A stretch of DNA of 64,000 nt from Eledone cirrhosa (lineage: Eukaryota): NCBI GenBank assembly GCA_964016885.1, contig OZ024742.1, forward strand, positions 366,420,001-366,484,000. Direction: 5' to 3'. Below the pieces are notes generated by a model. That model was not told the origin of the DNA. It was given only the letters and a program-made list of their open reading frames with translations, and made no database searches. The stretch's first letter is position 1. Every line of letters starts with the position of its first letter. The position numbers were made by a program, and so were the translations under genes. Below are positions 33,401-45,400 of the stretch, piece after piece.

Positions 33401-36400
33401 GGGTGGTGGTGTTAGTGGTGGTGGTGTTAGTGTTGGTGGTGTTAGGGGTGGTGTTGTTAGTGGTGGTGGTGTTAGGGGTGGTGGTGTTAGTGGTGGTGGT
33501 GTTAGTGTTGGTGGTGTTAGGGGTGGTGGTGTTAGTGGTGGTGGTGTTAGTGTTGGTGGTGTTAGGGGTGGTGGTGTTAGTGGTGGTGGTGTTAGTGTTG
33601 GTGGTGTTAGGGGTGGTGGTGTTAGTGGTGGTGGTGTTAGTGTTGGTGGTGTTAGTGGTGGTGGTGTTAGGAGTGGTGGTGTTAGTGTTGGTGGTGTTAG
33701 TGGTGGTGGTGTTAGTAGTGGTGGTGTTAGTGTTGGTGGTGTTAGGGGTGGTGGTGTTAGTGGTGGTGGTGTTAGTGTTGGTGGTGTTAGTGGTGGTGGT
33801 GTTAGTGTTGGTGGTGTTAGTGGTGGTGGTGTTAGTGTTGGTGGTGTTAGTGGTGGTGGTGTTAGTGTTGGTGGTGTTAGTGGTGGTGGTGTTGGTGGTG
33901 TTAGGGGTGGTGTTGTTAGTGTTGGTGGTGTTAGTGGTGGTGGTGTTAGTGGTGGTGGTGTTAGTGTTGGTGGTGTTAGGGGTGGTGGTGTTAGTGTTGG
34001 TGGTGTTAGTGTTGGTGGTGTTAGTGGTGGTGGTGTTAGTGTTGGTGGTGTTAGTGCTGTTAGTGGTGGTGGTGTTAGTGGTGGTGGTGTTAGTGGTGGT
34101 GGTGTTAGTGGTGGTGGTGTTGGTGGTGGCGGTGTTAGGGGTGGTGGTGTTAGTGGTGGTGGTGTTAGTGTTGGTGGTGTTAGTGGTGTTAGTGTTGGTG
34201 GTGTTAGTGGAGGTGGTGTTAGTGGTGTTAGGGGTGGTGTTGTTAGTGTTGGTGGTGTTAGTGGTGGTGGTGTTAGTGGTGGTGGTGTTAGTGTTGGTGG
34301 TGTTAGGGGTGGTGGTGTTAGTGTTGGTGGTGTTAGTGTTGGTGGTGTTAGTGTTGGCGGTGTTAGTGTTGGTGGTGTTAGTGTTGGTGGTGTTAGTGGT
34401 GGTGGTGTTAGTGGTGGTGGTGTTAGTGGTGGTGGTGTTAGTGGTGGTGGTGTTAGTGGTGGTGGTGTTAGTGGTGGTGGTGTTAGTGTTGGTGGTGTTA
34501 GTGTTGGTGGTGTTAGTGTTGGTGGTGTTAGTGTTGGTGGTGTTAGTGGTGGTGGTGTTAGTGGTGGTGGTGTTAGTGTTGGTGGTGTTAGTGTTGGTGG
34601 TGTTAGTGGTGGTGGTGTTAGTGGTGGTGGTGTTAGTGGTGGTGGTGTTAGGGGTGGTGGTGTTAGTGTTGGTGGTGTTAGTGTTGGTGGTGTTAGTGTT
34701 GGTGGTGTTAGTGGTGGTGGTGTTAGTGGTGGTGGTGTTAGGGGTGGTGGTGTTAGTGTTGGTGGTGTTAGTGTTGGTGGTGTTCGTGTTGGCGGTGTTA
34801 GTGTTGGTGGTGTTAGTGTTGGTGGTGTTAGTGGTGGTGGTGTTAGTGGTGGTGGTGGTGTTAGTGGTGGTGGTGTTAGTGGTGGTGGTGTTAGTGGTGG
34901 TGGTGTTAGTGGTGGTGGTGTTAGTGTTGGTGGTGTTAGTGTTGGTGGTGTTAGTGTTGGTGGTGTTAGTGTTGGTGGTGTTAGTGTTGGTGGTGTTAGT
35001 GGTGGTGGTGTTGGTGGTGGTAGTGTTAGTGGTGGTGGTGTTAGTGTTGGTGGTGTTAGTGGTGGTGGTGTTAGTGGTGGTGGTGTTAGTGTTGGTGGTG
35101 TTAGTGTTGGTGGTGTTAGTGGTGGTAGTGTTAGTGGTGGTGGTGTTAGTGGTGGTGTTAGTGGTGGTGGTGTTAGTGGTAGTGGTGTTAGTGGTGGTGG
35201 TGTTTGTGGTGGTGGTGTTGGTGGTGTTAGTGTTGGTGGTGTTAGGGGTGGTGGTGTTAGTGGTGGTGGTGTTAGTGTTGGTGGTGTTAGTGGTGGTGGT
35301 GTTAGTGTTGGTGGTGTTAGTGGTGGTGGTGTTAGTGGTGGTGGTGTTAGTGGTGGTGGTGTTAGTGGTGGTGGTGTTAGTGTTGGTGGTGTTAGTGGTG
35401 GTGGTGTTAGTGGTGGTGGTGTTAGTGGTGGTGGTGTTAGTGGTGGTGGTGTTAGTGTTGGTGGTGTTAGTGGTGGTGGTGTTAGTGTAGGTGCTGTTAG
35501 TGGTGGTGGTGTTAGTGGTGGTGGTGTTAGTGTTGGTGGTGTTAGGGGTGGTGGTGTTAGTGGTGGTGGTGTTAGTGTTGGTGGTGTTAGGGGTGGTGTT
35601 GTTAGTGGTGGTGGTGTTAGGGGTGGTGGTGTTAGTGGTGGTGGTGTTAGTGTTGGTGGTGTTAGGGGTGGTGGTGTTAGTGGTGGTGGTGTTAGTGTTG
35701 GTGGTGTTAGGGGTGGTGGTGTTAGTGGTGGTGGTGTTAGTGTTGGTGGTGTTAGGGGTGGTGGTGTTAGTGGTGGTGGTGTTAGTGTTGGTGGTGTTAG
35801 TGGTGGTGGTGTTAGGGGTGGTGGTGTTAGTGTTGGTGGTGTTAGTGGTGGTGGTGTTAGTAGTGGTGGTGTTAGTGTTGGTGGTGTTAGGGGTGGTGGT
35901 GTTAGTGGTGGTGGTGTTAGTGTTGGTGGTGTTAGTGGTGGTGGTGTTAGTGTTGGTGGTGTTAGTGGTGGTGGTGTTAGTGTTGGTGGTGTTAGTGGTG
36001 GTGGTGTTAGTGTTGGTGGTGTTAGTGGTGGTGGTGTTGGTGGTGTTAGGGGTGGTGTTGTTAGTGTTGGTGGTGTTAGTGGTGGTGGTGTTAGTGGTGG
36101 TGGTGTTAGTGTTGGTGGTGTTAGGGGTGGTGGTGTTAGTGTTGGTGGTGTTAGTGTTGGTGGTGTTAGTGGTGGTGGTGTTAGTGTTGGTGGTGTTAGT
36201 GCTGTTAGTGGTGGTGGTGTTAGTGGTGGTGGTGTTAGTGGTGGTGGTGTTAGTGGTGGTGGTGTTGGTGGTGGCGGTGTTAGGGGTGGTGGTGTTAGTG
36301 GTGGTGGTGTTAGTGTTGGTGGTGTTAGTGGTGTTAGTGTTGGTGGTGTTAGTGGAGGTGGTGTTGGTGGTGTTAGGGGTGGTGTTGTTAGTGTTGGTGG

Positions 36401-39400
36401 TGTTAGTGGTGGTGGTGTTAGTGGTGGTGGTGTTAGTGTTGGTGGTGTTAGGGGTGGTGGTGTTAGTGTTGGTGGTGTTAGTGTTGGTGGTGTTAGTGTT
36501 GGCGGTGTTAGTGTTGGTGGTGTTAGTGTTGGTGGTGTTAGTGGTGGTGGTGTTAGTGGTGGTGGTGTTAGTGGTGGTGGTGTTAGTGGTGGTGGTGTTA
36601 GTGGTGGTGGTGTTAGTGGTGGTGGTGTTAGTGTTGGTGGTTTTAGTGTTGGTGGTGTTAGTGGTGGTGGTGTTAGTGGTGGTGGTGTTAGTGGTGGTGG
36701 TGTTAATGGTAGTGGTGCTAGTGGTGGTGGTGTTGGTGGTGTTAGTGTTGGTGGTGTTAGTGGTGGTGGTGTTAGTGTTGGTGGTGTTAGTGGTGGTGGT
36801 GTTAGTGTTGGTGGTGTTAGTGTTGGTGGTGTTAGTGGTGGTAGTGTTAGTGGTGGTGGTGTTAGTGGTGGTGTTAGTGGTGGTGGTGTTAGTGGTAGTG
36901 GTGTTAGTGGTGGTGGTGTTTGTGGTGGTGGTGTTGGTGGTGTTAGTGTTGGTGGTGTTAGGGGTGGTGGTGTTAGTGGTGGTGGTGTTAGTGTTGGTGG
37001 TGTTAGTGGTGGTGGTGTTAGTGTTGGTGTTGTTAGTGGTGGTGGTGTTAGTGTTGGTGGTGTTAGTGGTGGTGGTGTTAGTGGTGGTGGTGTTAGTGGT
37101 GGTGGTGTTAGTGGTGGTGGTGTTAGTGTTGGTGGTGTTAGTGGTGGTGGTGTTAGTGGTGGTGGTGTTAGTGGTGGTGGTGTTAGTGGTGGTGGTGTTA
37201 GTGTTGGTGGTGTTAGTGGTGGTGGTGTTAGTGTAGGTGCTGTTAGTGGTGGTGGTGTTAGTGGTGGTGGTGTTAGTGTTGGTGGTGTTAGGGGTGGTGG
37301 TGTTAGTGGTGGTGGTGTTAGTGTTGGTGGTGTTAGGGGTGGTGTTGTTAGTGGTGGTGGTGTTAGGGGTGGTGGTGTTAGTGGTGGTGGTGTTAGTGTT
37401 GGTGGTGTTAGGGGTGGTGGTGTTAGTGGTGGTGGTGTTAGTGTTGGTGGTGTTAGGGGTGGTGGTGTTAGTGGTGGTGGTGTTAGTGTTGGTGGTGTTA
37501 GGGGTGGTGGTGTTAGTGGTGGTGGTGTTAGTGTTGGTGGTGTTAGTGGTGGTGGTGTTAGGAGTGGTGGTGTTAGTGTTGGTGGTGTTAGTGGTGGTGG
37601 TGTTAGTAGTGGTGGTGTTAGTGTTGGTGGTGTTAGGGGTGGTGGTGTTAGTGGTGGTGGTGTTAGTGTTGGTGGTGTTAGTGGTGGTGGTGTTAGTGTT
37701 GGTGGTGTTAGTGGTGGTGGTGTTAGTGTTGGTGGTGTTAGTGGTGGTGGTGTTAGTGTTGGTGGTGTTAGTGGTGGTGGTGTTGGTGGTGTTAGGGGTG
37801 GTGTTGTTAGTGTTGGTGGTGTTAGTGGTGGTGGTGTTAGTGGTGGTGGTGTTAGTGTTGGTGGTGTTAGGGGTGGTGGTGTTAGTGTTGGTGGTGTTAG
37901 TGTTGGTGGTGTTAGTGGTGGTGGTGTTAGTGTTGGTGGTGTTAGTGCTGTTAGTGGTGGTGGTGTTAGTGGTGGTGGTGTTAGTGGTGGTGGTGTTAGT
38001 GGTGGTGGTGTTGGTGGTGGCGGTGTTAGGGGTGGTGGTGTTAGTGGTGGTGGTGTTAGTGTTGGTGGTGTTAGTGGTGTTAGTGTTGGTGGTGTTAGTG
38101 GAGGTGGTGTTAGTGGTGTTAGGGGTGGTGTTGTTAGTGTTGGTGGTGTTAGTGGTGGTGGTGTTAGTGGTGGTGGTGTTAGTGTTGGTGGTGTTAGGGG
38201 TGGTGGTGTTAGTGTTGGTGGTGTTAGTGTTGGTGGTGTTAGTGTTGGCGGTGTTAGTGTTGGTGGTGTTAGTGTTGGTGGTGTTAGTGGTGGTGGTGTT
38301 AGTGGTGGTGGTGTTAGTGGTGGTGGTGTTAGTGGTGGTGGTGTTAGTGGTGGTGGTGTTAGTGGTGGTGGTGTTAGTGTTGGTGGTGTTAGTGTTGGTG
38401 GTGTTAGTGTTGGTGGTGTTAGTGTTGGTGGTGTTAGTGGTGGTGGTGTTAGTGGTGGTGGTGTTAGTGTTGGTGGTGTTAGTGTTGGTGGTGTTAGTGG
38501 TGGTGGTGTTAGTGGTGGTGGTGTTAGTGGTGGTGGTGTTAGGGGTGGTGGTGTTAGTGTTGGTGGTGTTAGTGTTGGTGGTGTTAGTGTTGGTGGTGTT
38601 AGTGGTGGTGGTGTTAGTGGTGGTGGTGTTAGGGGTGGTGGTGTTAGTGTTGGTGGTGTTAGTGTTGGTGGTGTTCGTGTTGGCGGTGTTAGTGTTGGTG
38701 GTGTTAGTGTTGGTGGTGTTAGTGGTGGTGGTGTTAGTGGTGGTGGTGGTGTTAGTGGTGGTGGTGTTAGTGGTGGTGGTGTTAGTGGTGGTGGTGTTAG
38801 TGGTGGTGGTGTTAGTGTTGGTGGTGTTAGTGTTGGTGGTGTTAGTGTTGGTGGTGTTAGTGTTGGTGGTGTTAGTGTTGGTGGTGTTAGTGGTGGTGGT
38901 GTTGGTGGTGGTAGTGTTAGTGGTGGTGGTGTTAGTGTTGGTGGTGTTAGTGGTGGTGGTGTTAGTGGTGGTGGTGTTAGTGTTGGTGGTGTTAGTGTTG
39001 GTGGTGTTAGTGGTGGTAGTGTTAGTGGTGGTGGTGTTAGTGGTGGTGTTAGTGGTGGTGGTGTTAGTGGTAGTGGTGTTAGTGGTGGTGGTGTTTGTGG
39101 TGGTGGTGTTGGTGGTGTTAGTGTTGGTGGTGTTAGGGGTGGTGGTGTTAGTGGTGGTGGTGTTAGTGTTGGTGGTGTTAGTGGTGGTGGTGTTAGTGTT
39201 GGTGGTGTTAGTGGTGGTGGTGTTAGTGGTGGTGGTGTTAGTGGTGGTGGTGTTAGTGGTGGTGGTGTTAGTGTTGGTGGTGTTAGTGGTGGTGGTGTTA
39301 GTGGTGGTGGTGTTAGTGGTGGTGGTGTTAGTGGTGGTGGTGTTAGTGTTGGTGGTGTTAGTGGTGGTGGTGTTAGTGTAGGTGCTGTTAGTGGTGGTGG

Positions 39401-42400
39401 TGTTAGTGGTGGTGGTGTTAGTGTTGGTGGTGTTAGGGGTGGTGGTGTTAGTGGTGGTGGTGTTAGTGTTGGTGGTGTTAGGGGTGGTGTTGTTAGTGGT
39501 GGTGGTGTTAGGGGTGGTGGTGTTAGTGGTGGTGGTGTTAGTGTTGGTGGTGTTAGGGGTGGTGGTGTTAGTGGTGGTGGTGTTAGTGTTGGTGGTGTTA
39601 GGGGTGGTGGTGTTAGTGGTGGTGGTGTTAGTGTTGGTGGTGTTAGGGGTGGTGGTGTTAGTGGTGGTGGTGTTAGTGTTGGTGGTGTTAGTGGTGGTGG
39701 TGTTAGGGGTGGTGGTGTTAGTGTTGGTGGTGTTAGTGGTGGTGGTGTTAGTAGTGGTGGTGTTAGTGTTGGTGGTGTTAGGGGTGGTGGTGTTAGTGGT
39801 GGTGGTGTTAGTGTTGGTGGTGTTAGTGGTGGTGGTGTTAGTGTTGGTGGTGTTAGTGGTGGTGGTGTTAGTGTTGGTGGTGTTAGTGGTGGTGGTGTTA
39901 GTGTTGGTGGTGTTAGTGGTGGTGGTGTTGGTGGTGTTAGGGGTGGTGTTGTTAGTGTTGGTGGTGTTAGTGGTGGTGGTGTTAGTGGTGGTGGTGTTAG
40001 TGTTGGTGGTGTTAGGGGTGGTGGTGTTAGTGTTGGTGGTGTTAGTGTTGGTGGTGTTAGTGGTGGTGGTGTTAGTGTTGGTGGTGTTAGTGCTGTTAGT
40101 GGTGGTGGTGTTAGTGGTGGTGGTGTTAGTGGTGGTGGTGTTAGTGGTGGTGGTGTTGGTGGTGGCGGTGTTAGGGGTGGTGGTGTTAGTGGTGGTGGTG
40201 TTAGTGTTGGTGGTGTTAGTGGTGTTAGTGTTGGTGGTGTTAGTGGAGGTGGTGTTGGTGGTGTTAGGGGTGGTGTTGTTAGTGTTGGTGGTGTTAGTGG
40301 TGGTGGTGTTAGTGGTGGTGGTGTTAGTGTTGGTGGTGTTAGGGGTGGTGGTGTTAGTGTTGGTGGTGTTAGTGTTGGTGGTGTTAGTGTTGGCGGTGTT
40401 AGTGTTGGTGGTGTTAGTGTTGGTGGTGTTAGTGGTGGTGGTGTTAGTGGTGGTGGTGTTAGTGGTGGTGGTGTTAGTGGTGGTGGTGTTAGTGGTGGTG
40501 GTGTTAGTGGTGGTGGTGTTAGTGTTGGTGGTGTTAGTGTTGGTGGTGTTAGTGTTGGTGGTGTTAGTGTTGGTGGTGTTAGTGGTGGTGGTGTTAGTGG
40601 TGGTGGTGTTAGTGTTGGTGGTGTTAGTGTTGGTGGTGTTAGTGGTGGTGGTGTTAGTGGTGGTGGTGTTAGTGGTGGTGGTGTTAGGGGTGGTGGTGTT
40701 AGTGTTGGTGGTGTTAGTGTTGGTGGTGTTAGTGTTGGTGGTGTTAGTGGTGGTGGTGTTAGTGGTGGTGGTGTTAGGGGTGGTGGTGTTAGTGTTGGTG
40801 GTGTTAGTGTTGGTGGTGTTCGTGTTGGCGGTGTTAGTGTTGGTGGTGTTAGTGTTGGTGGTGTTAGTGGTGGTGGTGTTAGTGGTGGTGGTGGTGTTAG
40901 TGGTGGTGGTGTTAGTGGTGGTGGTGTTAGTGGTGGTGGTGTTAGTGGTGGTGGTGTTAGTGTTGGTGGTGTTAGTGTTGGTGGTGTTAGTGTTGGTGGT
41001 GTTAGTGTTGGTGGTGTTAGTGTTGGTGGTGTTAGTGGTGGTGGTGTTGGTGGTGGTAGTGTTAGTGGTGGTGGTGTTAGTGTTGGTGGTGTTAGTGGTG
41101 GTGGTGTTAGTGGTGGTGGTGTTAGTGGTGGTGGTGTTAGTGGTGGTGGTGTTAGTGTTGGTGGTGTTAGTGTTGGTGGTGTTAGTGTTGGTGGTGTTAG
41201 TGGTGGTGGTGTTAGTGGTGGTGGTGTTAGTGGTGGTGGTGTTAGTGTTGGTGGTGTTAGTGTTGGTGGTGTTAGTGGTGGTGGTGTTAGTGGTAGTGGT
41301 GTTAGTGGTGGTGGTGTTGGTGGTGGTAGTGTTAGTGGTGGTGGTGTTAGTGGTGGTGGTGTTAGTGGTGGTGGTGTTAGTGGTGGTGGTGTTAGTGGTG
41401 GTGGTGTTAGTGGTGGTGTTGTTAGTGTTGGTGGTGTTAGTGTTGGTGGTGTTAGTGGTGGTGGTGTTAGTGGTAGTGGTGTTAGTGGTGGTGGTGTTGG
41501 TGGTGGTAGTGTTAGTGGTGGTGGTGTTAGTGGTGGTGGTGTTAGTGGTGGTGGTGTTAGTGGTAGTGGTGTTAGTGTTGGTGGTGTTAGTGGTGGTAGT
41601 GTTAGTGTTAGTGGTGTTAGTGTTGGTGGTGTTAGGGGTGGTGGTGTTAGTGGTGGTGGTGTTAGTGGTGGTGGTGTTAGTGGTAGTGGTGTTAGTGGTG
41701 GTGGTGTTAGGGGTGGTGGTGTTAGTGGTGGTGGTGTTAGTGGTGGTGGTGTTAGTGGTAGTGGTGTTAGTGTTGGTGGTGTTAGGGGTGGTGGTGTTAG
41801 TGGTGGTGGTGTTAGTGGTGGTGGTGTTAATGGTAGTGGTGTTAGTGGTGGTGGTGTTGGTGGTGGTGGTGTTGGTGGTGTTAGTGTTGGTGGTGTTAGG
41901 GGTGGTGGTGTTAGTGTTGGTGGTGTTAGTGGTGGTGGTGTTAGAGGTGGTGGTGTTAGTGGTGGTGGTGTTAGGGGTGGTGTGTTAGGGGTGGTGGTGT
42001 TAGGGGTGGTGTGTTAGGGGTGGTGGTGTTAGTGGTGGTGGTGTTAGTGTTGGTGGTGTTAGTGTTGGTGGTGTTAGTGGTGGTGGTGTTAGTAGTGGTG
42101 GTGTTAGTGTTGGTGGTGTTAGTGGTGGTGGTGTTAGTGGTGGTGGTGTTAGTGGTGGTGGTGTTAGTGGTGGTGGTGTTAGTTGTGGTGGTGTTAGTGG
42201 TGGTGGTGTTAGTGTTGGTGGTGTTAGTGTTGGTGGTGTTAGTGGTGGTGGTGTTAGTGGTGGTGGTGTTAGTGTTGGTGGTGTTAGTGATGGTGGTGTT
42301 AGTGTTGGTGGTGTTAGTGATGGTGGTGTTAGTGGTGGTGGTGTTAGGGGTGGTGGTGTTAGTGGTGGTGGTGTTAGTGGTGGTGTTATTAGTGGTGGTG

Positions 42401-45400
42401 GTGTTAGTGGTGGTGGTGTTAGTGTTAGTGGTGTTGGTGTTGGTGATGTTAGTGTTGGTGGCGTTAGTGTTGGTGGTGTTAGTGGTGGTGGTGTTAGTTG
42501 TGGTGGTGTTAGTGTTGGTGGTGTTAATATTGGTGGTGGTGTTAGTGGTGGTGGTGTTAGGGGTGGTGGTGTTAGTTTTGGTGGTGTTAGTGTTGGTGGT
42601 GTTAGGGGTGGTGGTGTTAGTGTTGGTGGTGTTAGTGGTGGTGGTGTTAGTGGTGGTGGTGTTAGTGGTGGTGGTGTTAGAGTTGATAGTGTTACTGTTG
42701 GTAGTGTTGTGTTAGTGGTGTTAGGGGTGGTGGTGTTAGTGTTGGTGGTGTTAGTGCTGTTAGTGTTGGTGGTGTTAGTGGTGGTGGTGTTAGTGGTGGT
42801 GGTGTTAGTGGTGGTGGTGTTGGTGGTGGCGGTGTTAGGGGTGGTGGTGTTAGTGGTGGTGGTGTTAGTGTTGGTGGTGTTAGTGGTGTTAGTGGTGTTA
42901 GTGGTGGTGGTGTTAGTGGTGGTGGTGTTAGTGGTGGTGGTGTTAGTGGTGGTGGTGTTAGTGTTGGTGGTGTTAGGGGTGGTGGTGTTAGTGGTGGTGT
43001 GTTAGGGGTGGTGGTGTTAGTGTTGGTGGTGTTAGTGTTGGTGGTGTTAGTTGTGGTGGTGTTAGTCTTGGTGGTGTTAGTGGTGGTGGTGTTAGTGTTG
43101 GTGGTGTTAGTGGTGGTGGTGTTAGTGGTGGTGATGTTAGTGTTGGTGGTGTTAGTGGTGGTGGTGTTAGGGGTGGTGATGTTAGTGTTGGTGGTGTTAG
43201 TGGTGGTGGTGTTAGTGGTGGTGGTGTTAGTGTTGGTGGTGTTAGTGGTGGTGGTGTTAGTGGTAGTGATGTTAGTGTTGGTGGTGTTAGTGGTGGTGGT
43301 GTTAGGGGTGGTGGTGTTAGTGGTGGTGGCGTTAGTGTTGGTGGTGTTAGTGGTGGTGGTGTTAGTGGTGGTGATGTTAGTGTTGGTGGTGTTAGTGGTG
43401 GTGGTGTTAGGGGTGGTGATGTTAGTGTTGGTGGTGTTAGTGGTGGTGGTGTTAGGGGTGGTGATGTTAGTGTTGGTGGTGTTAGTGTAGGTGGTGTTAG
43501 TGTTGGTGGTGTTAGTGTTGGTGGTGTTAGGGGTGGTGATGTTAGTGTTGGTGGTGTTTGTGGTGTTGGTGTTAGGGGTGGTGATGTTAGTGTTGGTGGT
43601 GTTAGTGTTGGTGGTGTTAGTGGTAGTGGTGTTAGTGGTGGTGGTGTTAGTGGTGGTGGTGTTAGTGTTGGTGGTGTTAGTGTTGGCGGTGTTAGTGTTG
43701 GTGGTGTTAGTGTTGGTGGTGTTAGTGGTGGTGTGTTAGGGGTGGTGGTGTTAGTGGTGGTGGTGTTAGTGGTGGTGGTGTTAGTGGTGGTGGTGTTAGT
43801 GGTGGTGGTGTTAATGTTGGTGGCGTTAGTGTTGGTGGTGTTAGTGGTGGTGGTGTTAGTGGTGGTGGTGTTAGAGGTGGTGGTGTTAGTGGTGGTGGTG
43901 TTAGTGGTGGTGGTGTTAGTGGTTGTGGTGTTAGGGGTGGTGGTGTCAGTGTTGCTGGTGTTAGTTGTGGTGGTATTAGTGGTGGTGGTGTTAGTGGTGG
44001 TGGTGTTAGTGGTGGTGGTGTTAGTGATGGTGGTGTTAGTGGTGGTGGTGTTAGTGGTGGTGGTGTTAGTGGTGGTGGTGTTAGTGTTGGTGGTGTTAGT
44101 GTTGGTGGTGTTAGTGTTGGTGGTGTTAGTGTTGGTGGTGTTAGTGGTGGTGGTGTTAGTGGTGGTGGTGTTAGTGGTGGTGGTGTTGGTGTTGGTGGTG
44201 TTAGTGGTGGTGGTGTTAGTGTTGGTGGTGTTAGTGTTGGTGGTGTTAGTGGTGGTGGTGTTAGTGGTGGTGGTGTTAGTGGTGGTGGTGTTAGGGGTGG
44301 TGGTGTTAGTGTTGGTGGTGTTAGTGTTGGTGGTGTTAGTGTTGGTGGTGTTAGTGGTGGTGGTGTTAGTGGTGGTGGTGTTAGGGGTGGTGGTGTTAGT
44401 GTTGGTGGTGTTAGTGTTGGTGGTGTTAGTGTTGGCGGTGTTAGTGTTGGTGGTGTTAGTGTTGGTGGTGTTAGTGGTGGTGGTGTTAGTGGTGGTGGTG
44501 GTGTTAGTGGTGGTGGTGTTAGTGGTGGTGGTGTTAGTGGTGGTGGTGTTAGTGGTGGTGGTGTTAGTGGTGGTGGTGTTAGTGTTGGTGGTGTTAGTGT
44601 TGGTGGTGTTAGTGTTGGTGGTGTTAGTGTTGGTGGTGTTAGTGGTGGTGGTGTTAGTGGTGGTGGTGTTAGTGGTGGTGGTGTTGGTGTTGGTGGTGTT
44701 AGTGGTGGTGGTGTTAGTGTTGGTGGTGTTAGTGTTGGTGGTGTTAGTGGTGGTGGTGTTGGTGGTGGTAGTGTTAGTGGTGGTGGTGTTAGTGTTGGTG
44801 GTGTTAGTGGTGGTGGTGTTAGTGGTGGTGGTGTTAGTGGTGGTGGTGTTAGTGTTGGTGGTGTTAGTGTTGGTGGTGTTAGTGTTGGTGGTGTTAGTGT
44901 TGGTGGTGTTAGTGGTGGTGGTGTTAGTGGTGGTGGTGTTAGTGTTGGTGGTGTTAGTGGTGGTGGTGTTAGTGGTAGTGGTGTTAGTGGTGGTGGTGTT
45001 GGTGGTGGTAGTGTTAGTGGTGGTGGTGTTAGTGGTGGTGGTGTTAGTGGTGGTGGTGTTAGTGGTGGTGGTGTTAGTGGTGGTGGTGTTAGTGTTGGTG
45101 GTGTTAGTGTTGGTGGTGTTAGTGGTGGTGGTGTTAGTGGTAGTGGTGTTAGTGGTGGTGGTGTTGGTGGTGGTAGTGTTAGTGGTGGTGGTGTTAGTGG
45201 TGGTGGTGTTAGTGGTGGTGGTGTTAGTGGTAGTGGTGTTAGTGTTGGTGGTGTTAGTGGTGGTAGTGTTAGTGTTAGTGGTGTTAGTGTTGGTGGTGTT
45301 AGGGGTGGTGGTGTTAGTGGTGGTGGTGTTAGTGGTGGTGGTGTTAGTGGTAGTGGTGTTAGTGGTGGTGGTGTTAGGGGTGGTGGTGTTAGTGGTGGTG

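Noticed and set aside
30915-42017. 3700-aa Gly/Val/Ser ORF and the many poly-Val/Leu ORFs on the plus strand
   Set aside because: An automatic result of a 15-bp repeat lacking stops in those frames; no ATG context, domains or splice evidence.
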